A stretch of 64,000 nucleotides of DNA from Candidatus Dojkabacteria bacterium (GTDB lineage: Bacteria; Patescibacteriota; Dojkabacteria; B142; OLB20). The notes beneath the pieces are model-generated. The model ran no database searches, had not been told where the DNA came from, and saw only the letters and a list, made by a program, of their open reading frames with translations. The DNA lies in NCBI GenBank assembly GCA_035444565.1, contig DAOMOX010000001.1, positions 130,335 through 194,334 on the forward strand, read 5' to 3'. This document shows positions 31,282-39,511 of this stretch, in pieces (within the stretch, counting starts at the first letter, position 1; each line of letters begins with the position of its first letter). The translations under genes and the position numbers were made by a program.

Positions 31282-31560
31282 TCAATAACTATTAATGATT
31301 AACAATATCATCACTATCCACCCCAATAATTTTCTAAACCTATTAACCCCTTGTGTGAGTTCCAAGTAGGCCCATATAAACAAGAAGCCCATACTTAACT
31401 GGTTAAACATAGAATTGTATGCTGGAAGAACTTTTAAGTAGACAATGATTTTAGATACTAACCAAATTAATAGTGGTGCATTCGGAAATTGCCATAGAAC
31501 AAGTTTCCCTGTCTTATCATAGAAAAAATATTTATATATGCTTATTAAATCCCCTCGCAT
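31282..31560 (-). CDS. Small membrane protein
   Basis: QFPNAPL and WAYLELTQGVNRFR pattern; three TMs. Confidence 0.65.
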   Translation of the reverse strand: MRGDLISIYKYFFYDKTGKLVLWQFPNAPLLIWLVSKIIVYLKVLPAYNSMFNQLSMGFLFIWAYLELTQGVNRFRKLLGWIVMILLIINSY

Positions 31561-31628
31561 CTTAAAATTGAATTGATTGAAGTAATACTATAACATTTTA
31601 TATATACATTAATTATCAGTATCGTTTT

Positions 31629-32234
31629 ATGTGTGGAAGATTCCATCTAGAACCAGATGAAGATTTTTATCCTCGATTTAAGTTAAAACATAAAGACGAC
31701 GATTATCCTCTTCAACCAAACCATAATATTAAACCTGGCCAAATTATCCCGACCATAATTCACCAAGATAAAAATAACAAATTAACAGGTATGAAATGGG
31801 GTTTCGTTCCAGTCTGGGCAAAAGATCCTAAGATTGGATATAAGTTGATAAATTCAAGATCAGAAACAATCTTTGAAAAACCTTCATTCAAACACGCAAT
31901 AAAAAACACTCGTTGTTTAATACCAGCTACAGGATTTTACGAGTGGGACGAGAAAAAGAACGCTCACCTTTTCCAACTTAAAGGAGTGAAATACTTTGCT
32001 ATTGCTGGGATTTTTTCTGAATGGAAGGACCCTCAAGGTGAAATTCTTACAACCTGCTCCATCATCACTCGAGAAGCAAACAAAGATGTTAAGGATGTAC
32101 ACGAAAGGATGCCAGTGATATTAGATGAAGAATCTGAAAATGAATGGTTGTCAAACGATGACATAGGTTATATTGAACATGTTCTCAATAAACCTACTGA
32201 TAAGTCCCTATCGTCACGTATCGTCACCCTTTAG
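31629..32234 (+). CDS. SRAP-domain abasic-site protection protein (YedK/HMCES family)
   Basis: N-terminal MCGRF, INSRSET, GFYEW and HERMPV motifs. Confidence 0.93.
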   Translation: MCGRFHLEPDEDFYPRFKLKHKDDDYPLQPNHNIKPGQIIPTIIHQDKNNKLTGMKWGFVPVWAKDPKIGYKLINSRSETIFEKPSFKHAIKNTRCLIPATGFYEWDEKKNAHLFQLKGVKYFAIAGIFSEWKDPQGEILTTCSIITREANKDVKDVHERMPVILDEESENEWLSNDDIGYIEHVLNKPTDKSLSSRIVTL

Positions 32235-32261
32235 TCACGAGAATTCACAGAACCGCTCAAA

Positions 32262-32849
32262 TTAATAAGCAAGCATAACAGAAGTTGCAACATTCTCTCT
32301 TAATTCCTTATCGTACTCATATGTTATTTTTACTTCTAACTTTCCCTCCTCTAATTGCGTTGCGTAGTAGTTATTAAATTTATCTCGAGAAACCGATTCA
32401 TCCGTGAATTGGCCAGTTTTAACCCTAAAGATGGTTATTTCATTGATGGGCATCTTATTTAATTTCTCAGCATTATTTTCAAGAATAGGTCCGGAAATTG
32501 GAAAATCACAATCTTTTACAGCGACATCTTCACAGGCACCATTTTCCTGTGCAATATGTGTAGCATCAAATCCATCATAGTAACTCACGTAATCGTATTC
32601 GATATAATCACTGCCAATCTCGGTAAGAATTGCATATATATGTGAATCTTCGGGTTCACTTTTCATAGTTTCAACTAATTGATTAACCGCGTATACCTCT
32701 TGTTTCAGCATGTCTACTTCCATATTCAATCTCGTGTATTGCCGAACGAAATAAAAACAATTGAAATATACCAATAGAAAAGATATATACATAAACAATT
32801 TCCATCCGATAAAATATTTCCAGTTGAGAACTCTCTTTTCAATTTTCAT
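32262..32849 (-). CDS. Hypothetical membrane-anchored protein
   Basis: N-terminal TM, coiled coil, acidic domain. Confidence 0.6.
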   Translation of the reverse strand: MKIEKRVLNWKYFIGWKLFMYISFLLVYFNCFYFVRQYTRLNMEVDMLKQEVYAVNQLVETMKSEPEDSHIYAILTEIGSDYIEYDYVSYYDGFDATHIAQENGACEDVAVKDCDFPISGPILENNAEKLNKMPINEITIFRVKTGQFTDESVSRDKFNNYYATQLEEGKLEVKITYEYDKELRENVATSVMLAY

Positions 32850-33011
32850 GGTATTTCATTAATAAAGTATTACTTTATAGTAGACGTAGTGGTCAGAGGA
32901 ATCAATCAATTCGTATCAAAGTCGAGGTTATTATTAGTTTAATTTATTTGATGGAAGAGATAGTATATAAAAGAATATAGTAGAAACTTAAATTTTTACA
33001 AAATTCAACAG

Positions 33012-33227
33012 ATGGAAGGTGCGCCAAGAATAGTCATCATAGAGAATCCAAAAGAGAAGTATGGTGTAGTAGGTGAAGAAATAGCACCGGGAATATATGT
33101 TGTAGTTCCAGTTGATGATCCTTATGCACAAGAAGGCACTTATGATTATCAAGGCGCCGAAAAAAGTCACCATTGGGTACATGAGCCAGAACAGGAGGAT
33201 CAATTTCCAACAGCAAATCCTACTTAA
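33012..33227 (+). CDS. Small acidic hypothetical protein
   Basis: 71-aa ATG ORF, more protein-like than the opposite-strand ORF. Confidence 0.45.
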   Translation: MEGAPRIVIIENPKEKYGVVGEEIAPGIYVVVPVDDPYAQEGTYDYQGAEKSHHWVHEPEQEDQFPTANPT

Positions 33228-33261
33228 GGAAAATATTTCAACTATATAAAAAACCAATAAA

Positions 33262-33334
33262 TGCGCTGAGCAAGATTCGAACTTGCAACCTACTGCTTAG
33301 AAGGCAGTTGCTCTATCCATTGAGCTATCAGCGC
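33262..33334 (-). tRNA. tRNA-Arg(UCU), CCA not encoded
   Basis: Cloverleaf GCGCTGA...ACTGC-CT-TCT-AA-GCAGT...GTTCGAATC...TCAGCGC-A. Confidence 0.95.
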
Positions 33335-33352
33335 ATTTATTGCTTTTGTATT

Positions 33353-33606
33353 ACCTACTGCTTATCCCGCTCATTGTATGCGAACTTAGTGAGCATTACA
33401 ATGACGTGGATCCCAATCCTTCACAAATCATATCTACGGGATCCTCGATGATTTATAGACTCGCTCCGCTTCGTCCAAATCATCGGGAGAAGGCAGTTGC
33501 TCTAATCAACTAGAAAATCAGACTTTCATGAACATAGTGAAGTGAAAGGCTAGATTTTCTGTTGTCCCGTACGAACAAAGTGAGATACGGGACCTCTCTT
33601 TATCAG
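33353..33606 (-). repeat. Relic tRNA-Arg fragment interrupted by about five short hairpins
   Basis: acctactgctta (33353-64) and gaaggcagttgctcta (33489-504) match the tRNA exactly but are split by a 124-bp hairpin block. Confidence 0.85.
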
Positions 33607-33788
33607 TATGCTATTTTCAAAACATCAGCATTATACCGCTGAATGCTCTCTATTATAATGTTTTTCCCTATTTTTTTCATCTTTTTTCACGGATTCTAAT
33701 ATTTTGCGTTAGAATCCAAAGTTGTCTAAGTGGACAAACAATATAATCACACCAATGCTCTACTCTTTATACATTTTATATAGAGCAT

Positions 33789-34451
33789 ATGAACAAAGCA
33801 CCAACCGAACTTGAAGTATTTATCCACGACATTGCAAGCCCACTTACGAATATTGGCATCAGTCTAGAGAATATGAAATCTCATATTTATACTAATCCTC
33901 GTAAACTCGAGAAGACAATAGTGGCAACACTTGACTCACTTGAATATTTGCACTCAATATCTAGAATCCATAATTCCTATTTTTTTGATAATAAAGACAC
34001 CAAGTATTCGGTAGAAGAGTTAATACGTAAAATTGTTACAAATAAATTCGGCTTCATAATCGACCAAAACAAAATATTGCTTTTGTATGACGTACAAGAG
34101 GAGCTTACAATTAATTATGACAAACTATTATTGAACAGAGTAATTACTAATATCATCTCGAACTCAATTGATGCGCTTTTAGAGAAAACACCTCATAAAC
34201 CGAAAAAAATAAAAATTTCAATAAAGAACTTACAAAACAAACTGGTGATTACAATCTTGGACAATGGAATTGGAGTTGACAATAATTTAATTAAAGAAAT
34301 TTTTAATTATGGATATTCAGAAAAAGACTCCCATTTTGGTATTGGTCTCCCAGTAACTAAAGATATTATTGAAAATAGGTTTGGGGGAGTGCTGAAGTTT
34401 CAATCCCTAAGCGGTATAGGGACCTTAGTAAAAATTATACTTCCAATTTAA
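33789..34451 (+). CDS. Soluble histidine kinase without sensor domain
   Basis: HDIASP at residue 13, NIISNSID, DNGIG and GIGL boxes. Confidence 0.88.
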   Translation: MNKAPTELEVFIHDIASPLTNIGISLENMKSHIYTNPRKLEKTIVATLDSLEYLHSISRIHNSYFFDNKDTKYSVEELIRKIVTNKFGFIIDQNKILLLYDVQEELTINYDKLLLNRVITNIISNSIDALLEKTPHKPKKIKISIKNLQNKLVITILDNGIGVDNNLIKEIFNYGYSEKDSHFGIGLPVTKDIIENRFGGVLKFQSLSGIGTLVKIILPI

Positions 34452-35119
34452 ATCCTACAAAGATAACCATAACCGTGCGAGGTCTCGATGAAATCCTTTG
34501 CTTTTATTCTTTTTAGTTTTTTTCGCAGGTTCGAGATATAACAATCAACAGTGTTATGGGTAATATCTGGCTTGTCTAGCCAAACATTTGAAACAAGCCT
34601 ATCCCTAGATACCATGCAATTTTTGTTTAGTATCAGAAACTCTAGTAGTTTGTGCTCCCTCTTTGTTAAGGATTCACAAAATGCATCTTTGCGAATACAC
34701 ATTCCTTGAAAATCGATTTCAATTTCGCCAATTTTATGAGTTGAGTATCTCAGCATAGGGGGTTTGCTGATTAACCTTTCAATACGTGCGATCAATTCGA
34801 TATGGGAGAAAGGTTTTGACAGGTAATCATCTACACCGATTCGGAAGCTTTTAGCAAGATGTTCTGAGGATGCCTGACCTGTCAACATAAGTACTGGAGT
34901 TTCAATATCTCTAACTCTGAGATTATTGATAATCTCATCACCATTCATTTCCGGGAGCTTGTAGTCAACGAGAAGACAATCAAAATGTTTCGATATCGCG
35001 TATTTGTAACCTTTTCTACCGTTGTCTACTATGGTAGTATTAAATCCATGTTGTTTTAGAGACTCTCTTAGAGTAAATGCAAGTTGAAGATCGTCTTCAA
35101 TAATTAATAAGTTTTTCAT
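34448..35119 (-). CDS. OmpR-family response regulator
   Basis: EDD, VDYKLP, KPF, LTKRE and VDCYISNLRKK motifs. Confidence 0.92.
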   Translation of the reverse strand: MKNLLIIEDDLQLAFTLRESLKQHGFNTTIVDNGRKGYKYAISKHFDCLLVDYKLPEMNGDEIINNLRVRDIETPVLMLTGQASSEHLAKSFRIGVDDYLSKPFSHIELIARIERLISKPPMLRYSTHKIGEIEIDFQGMCIRKDAFCESLTKREHKLLEFLILNKNCMVSRDRLVSNVWLDKPDITHNTVDCYISNLRKKLKRIKAKDFIETSHGYGYLCRI

Positions 35120-35164
35120 ATTTATATGTTAGAATCTAAATTCGCTTAAATAAGAAATTCAAAT

Positions 35165-35917
35165 ATGAAGTTACGTAAACGTATACAACTTATGGTTTTG
35201 TCATTATCGATAGTTAGTTTTCTAGTACTGACACTATTCTTCTTCGTGATGAGCAACGAAGGCAGTGATATCTCAGCGCAGGATTATGATCTAGCAGATT
35301 CACTCTTGATTGATAATCAAAAAATCAACCTCTACTACGATAACAACAACAACCAACTGAAGGATAGCGAAGAATCAACATGCGAACAATGCGCTTCAAA
35401 GCAAATTTTAATTGAAATCGTCACAGATGTTGGAAAGGAACTAATAGTTAGAGAAACCGAATCCGACGGAACACTAAATCTTAAGTCAATACGAGTATCA
35501 GCTCTTTGGGCATATCTTCCAGAAGAAAAGTTAATTATTCCTACATTCACATTCACCAATATGATGGATAATTCAGAATTTGATATCCCTGTTATAGCCT
35601 TAAACTACGAACTTGTAGGAGAAAACTCAAATATCGGAAATGTAGATTACAGAAATTTGAATAATAATAATTATGAAATAGATTTTGAATATAAAAATAT
35701 CATTCCAGTATTAGATAATTTCCTTAATTCAGACCTACCAGTGTGGTATGTTTACTATCCTAATGCAGATGTTGTTGATAATTACTACATCTCGTCAGGC
35801 TTAATAGAAACCACCAACGAAAAGACAAATAATTCTTCAACTTTCTGGCATTTTGTTCAGGAGTATTCCACTATCGACAACATCGATCAGTACAAATTAC
35901 TAATACCGAAGGTTTAA
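35165..35917 (+). CDS. Hypothetical exported or membrane-anchored protein
   Basis: N-terminal TM; acidic and Asn-rich; CEQC. Confidence 0.65.
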   Translation: MKLRKRIQLMVLSLSIVSFLVLTLFFFVMSNEGSDISAQDYDLADSLLIDNQKINLYYDNNNNQLKDSEESTCEQCASKQILIEIVTDVGKELIVRETESDGTLNLKSIRVSALWAYLPEEKLIIPTFTFTNMMDNSEFDIPVIALNYELVGENSNIGNVDYRNLNNNNYEIDFEYKNIIPVLDNFLNSDLPVWYVYYPNADVVDNYYISSGLIETTNEKTNNSSTFWHFVQEYSTIDNIDQYKLLIPKV

Positions 35918-36567
35918 GGGGCGGTCAGAGTCCACAAACTTGCTATATAAATCACTGCCAGAATCATTGTCAAAAGCTTTCTACTTTTCACCTTTTCAGG
36001 AAGATTCCTAAGTAAAAAATTATAAATTACTAGTGCTAAGGAAATCTGAGCGATAAAAAGTATTGTTAATAGATTAAAGTTAAAAAAGCTATATTCGAAA
36101 TTAATTTCAAAAGGAAGTTTCTCATCTAACAAAATTATAACCATCGCAACGATTCTCATGAATAAGTATCCTCCAATTGCTACGGTGATTTGATTTAATA
36201 AGAATTTTCTATCATCTTGTTTAATCTTAAGAACCCTAAATAACAAAACGATTAGAAGATTTATTCCCAAAACAAACATTATATAAGCACCCCACATAGC
36301 ATAATTTAGAAAAGCTACTTGTTTCGCGATTTCGTTTACCGAGAGATCATTTGCTCGTATGTATGAGGTTAGAAAATATGTAGAAAATGTAACAAAACTT
36401 GAAATTAATAGAAATACAATTAGTTTAATTGTGCTTGGTGGTAAGTAGACTTTGACAAATTCATCAAAATCATAAAAGAATTTAAAAAAATCCGTACTTT
36501 TATGATTCTTATTAGATTCTTTAATTTTGGTAAAGTTGATTTTAGGTTTTTTAATAACAATTTTCAT
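35914..36567 (-). CDS. Multi-pass membrane protein
   Basis: About five TMs; start moved to MKIVIKK to avoid overlap with the divergent gene. Confidence 0.65.
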   Translation of the reverse strand: MKIVIKKPKINFTKIKESNKNHKSTDFFKFFYDFDEFVKVYLPPSTIKLIVFLLISSFVTFSTYFLTSYIRANDLSVNEIAKQVAFLNYAMWGAYIMFVLGINLLIVLLFRVLKIKQDDRKFLLNQITVAIGGYLFMRIVAMVIILLDEKLPFEINFEYSFFNFNLLTILFIAQISLALVIYNFLLRNLPEKVKSRKLLTMILAVIYIASLWTLTAP

Positions 36568-36644
36568 ATGAGTTGAGTAAAAATTGAAGAGTAGGTAAAT
36601 TAAAGATAGAATGAATATAGTATCCCTGTCAATTAATAATAAAT

Positions 36645-38429
36645 ATGCCCAAGAAAATACATCAGTCAAAAACATCAGTTTTCAAGAGATACAAATCCTT
36701 GATACTCCTACCATTAGGGACTGTCATACTATTAACATTGTGTGTACTTATTTTTGGACTAGGACTCGATAAAAGACTTTTTGATAGTTCTCTAGAGGGT
36801 TACATTTTTGATAAGAATAAAAACCCGATTATTGGTGCAAATGTATGTATCAAAGACAACTGTGCTATAACTGGAAATAATGGATTCTACAAAATAAAAG
36901 AACTCAAGTTAGGAAACAATAAAATTATTGTTACCTCTGACAAACACTTAAATCTCATAGAATCAATTACTATTGATAATGGCGTTAATACCCTTAGTGT
37001 TGAATTAACAGATGCAACACTTGCAAATTTAACTGTAACCATAAGTGATGTGAGTGAACTTCAACTTAACGAGCTTAAATTTTTATTAGATGATAAAGAG
37101 TTAATAGAAAAAACAAGTAAAATAGACGAAAAGACTATTGAACTGAAATTAGAAAACAAGAAAACTGGACTTTACAAGCTTACAGTTGTATCCAGTTATT
37201 ATGTAGACGAAGTCATCGATTTGATAGTAGAACCAGATATTGAAAATAAATATGATATCAAGTTAGAACCTTCTTCAACTTTCAAAATCTATATTCAAAA
37301 TTGGTTGGATTCCACGTCACTCGCAAATACTCAAGTCACTATAGGTAATGACACTGAACTTAGTACAGATGATAAAGGTATGTTAGCAATAAACGAACTT
37401 TCAATTTATGAGGAAGAATTTTTGATTGAAAAAGATGGTTTCTTGAAACAAACATATTCTCTTGTAAATCTACATCCAGGGATAAATCCTGATTTGACTA
37501 TCAAGCTTGTTCCCTATGGTAAGATTACATTCGTGAAAGAAACTGCACTTGGAAAACAAATATTCTTGAGTAATTACGACGGAAGCGAAGCAAGACAACT
37601 CACAGTAGATGGTATGAACACAAATCCATGGATAGATGAAAAAAATGAGAAAGTATACTTTCTAAAAAACCAAGTTGATAAGGCAAACATTGTTCATTGG
37701 GTTGATTTCCTAGGAGAAGAGACAAAGTTAATATCGACAAAGACTGATCAGCCTGCGAGGAAATTAGACTTAGTTAATTATAGGAAAGATATTAGAATTT
37801 TTATAAGAGAAAACGAAAGTGACAGCAAGATTATAAAAACCAATTTAGACGATAATCAAGAAAGTATTTTATACGACCTATCGAATAGAGAATTACAGGA
37901 TTCATTACTTTCCCAAGATGGTAATCAATTTATATTTAGCTTTGTAAGTAAAGAACAGTCAAATTTAGCCGAAGAAGGAATTTACACTAACAATATCCGC
38001 TTCAATCGTACGACAAACCTTATAAAATATAATACAGGTTATGAAAAACGAGTATCTCAACCAAAAGCAGTAAATGATGATGGAAATATCTTAGCATTAA
38101 CTCTCGATGGTGAGTTATTTATTCATAGTTATTCTGGCGAACAAATCGAAAGAATAACAAATGACAATATTGAGAAATCTACATTTCATTTCCAACCAGA
38201 GACTAACAACATAACTTATATCAGAAACATCGAAGGCAAGAAAGAGCTTGTTCTTGTGGATCCTTTTTCAAAGGTTATGAAAATATTAGTTCAGACTGAC
38301 GCAGAATCTTTCGATTATCGGTGGTTGACTAAGGATATTTTCAACTACGTAAGTAATGGAGAGTTGTGGATTTCCTCGGTTAACAACTTAGAGTCAGCCA
38401 AACTTGTAGACAAAACTGTTACGCTTTAG
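36645..38429 (+). CDS. Exported protein with carboxypeptidase-regulatory-like repeats and TolB-like propeller
   Basis: N-terminal TM; G.IFD..KNPIIGANV...GFYKI; IFLSNYDGSEARQLT. Confidence 0.7.
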   Translation: MPKKIHQSKTSVFKRYKSLILLPLGTVILLTLCVLIFGLGLDKRLFDSSLEGYIFDKNKNPIIGANVCIKDNCAITGNNGFYKIKELKLGNNKIIVTSDKHLNLIESITIDNGVNTLSVELTDATLANLTVTISDVSELQLNELKFLLDDKELIEKTSKIDEKTIELKLENKKTGLYKLTVVSSYYVDEVIDLIVEPDIENKYDIKLEPSSTFKIYIQNWLDSTSLANTQVTIGNDTELSTDDKGMLAINELSIYEEEFLIEKDGFLKQTYSLVNLHPGINPDLTIKLVPYGKITFVKETALGKQIFLSNYDGSEARQLTVDGMNTNPWIDEKNEKVYFLKNQVDKANIVHWVDFLGEETKLISTKTDQPARKLDLVNYRKDIRIFIRENESDSKIIKTNLDDNQESILYDLSNRELQDSLLSQDGNQFIFSFVSKEQSNLAEEGIYTNNIRFNRTTNLIKYNTGYEKRVSQPKAVNDDGNILALTLDGELFIHSYSGEQIERITNDNIEKSTFHFQPETNNITYIRNIEGKKELVLVDPFSKVMKILVQTDAESFDYRWLTKDIFNYVSNGELWISSVNNLESAKLVDKTVTL

Positions 38430-39447
38430 ATAATTCCTGAACCCAGTTATACAATTTACCAATTCCTTCATGGACACTTGTTTGAGGTGCCCATCCAAAA
38501 TCATTTAATGCCTTGTTGTTATTGCTGATAAACACTTTTTGATCTCCAGGTCGCCATGGGAAAAATTCAGTTTTGACCTTGGATTGAAGGATTGATTCGA
38601 TGACATCTAATGCTTCAATTAAAGAGACAGAATTCACAAGTCCACCACCAACATTGTAAATTTTACCCGATGTGGTTTCCAAGTTGTCGATTGCCATATC
38701 GTATGCACGAAGAAGATCATCAATATAGAGTAAGTCTCTTACTTGTTTCCCGTCACCAAATATTTTTATTGTTTCTTTCTGATAAGCAGTTCTTAAGAAA
38801 TGAAAAACCCAACCCTGATCTTCGGTTCCCCATTGTCTTTGTCCATAAATACATGACTGTCTAAACACTAGAGTTTTTAATCCGTAAATTCTAGAAAAAT
38901 CACGAACATATTGGTCCGCACTTCCTTTCGAACAACCATATGGAGAATGGAAATCGAGATTAACATCTTCTGAAACACCCTCTAATAGAGCATCATCTGA
39001 AAATGCATATCTACCGTTTTTCTCCTCTACATTAAATTTTTCTAATCCTCCATAAACTTTATTTGTAGAGGCGAAAACAAAGACTGCGTCAGGACTGTGT
39101 TGTCTCATCGCATCCAGAACATTTAGTGTCCCTCTTGCATTGATTTCAAAATCCTCAATTGGATTTACGACAGAATCAGTCACTGCTACTTGAGCTGCTT
39201 CATGGAAGACAAAATCTTTACCCTGGACTGCCTTGGTAACCGACAATTCATCCCTGACATCACCCCTAATGACTTGTAGGCCTCCACCGAAGGATTCAAG
39301 CCATGGAAGATTTTTCTCTACATTGTTTCTGGAGAAATTATCAAAGATGGTTACGTTTGCTTTGTTCTGAAGCAGATATTTGGCTAAATTAGACCCAATG
39401 AAACCTGCACCACCAGTAATTAATACATTCTTTTTGTTCCAGTTCAT
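38419..39447 (-). CDS. NAD-dependent epimerase, CDP-paratose 2-epimerase (RfbE)-like
   Basis: GGAGFIG, AAQVAVT, STNKVYG, SPYGCSK and EDQGW motifs. Confidence 0.88.
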   Translation of the reverse strand: MNWNKKNVLITGGAGFIGSNLAKYLLQNKANVTIFDNFSRNNVEKNLPWLESFGGGLQVIRGDVRDELSVTKAVQGKDFVFHEAAQVAVTDSVVNPIEDFEINARGTLNVLDAMRQHSPDAVFVFASTNKVYGGLEKFNVEEKNGRYAFSDDALLEGVSEDVNLDFHSPYGCSKGSADQYVRDFSRIYGLKTLVFRQSCIYGQRQWGTEDQGWVFHFLRTAYQKETIKIFGDGKQVRDLLYIDDLLRAYDMAIDNLETTSGKIYNVGGGLVNSVSLIEALDVIESILQSKVKTEFFPWRPGDQKVFISNNNKALNDFGWAPQTSVHEGIGKLYNWVQELSKA

Positions 39448-39461
39448 AGTTTTAATTTTAT

Positions 39462-39494
39462 AAAAAAATAGGGTGCCGCTACTGCGACACCCTA
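39462..39494 (-). terminator. Terminator after the surface protein gene
   Basis: Minus-strand TAGGGTG.../...CACCCTA stem plus T-run. Confidence 0.65.
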
Positions 39495-39511
39495 GATTGT
39501 ATCAGTAAATC

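Noticed and set aside
33365-33488. Group I or archaeal-type tRNA intron
   Set aside because: Too short for group I, flanking exons are incomplete, and an intact tRNA-Arg is adjacent.
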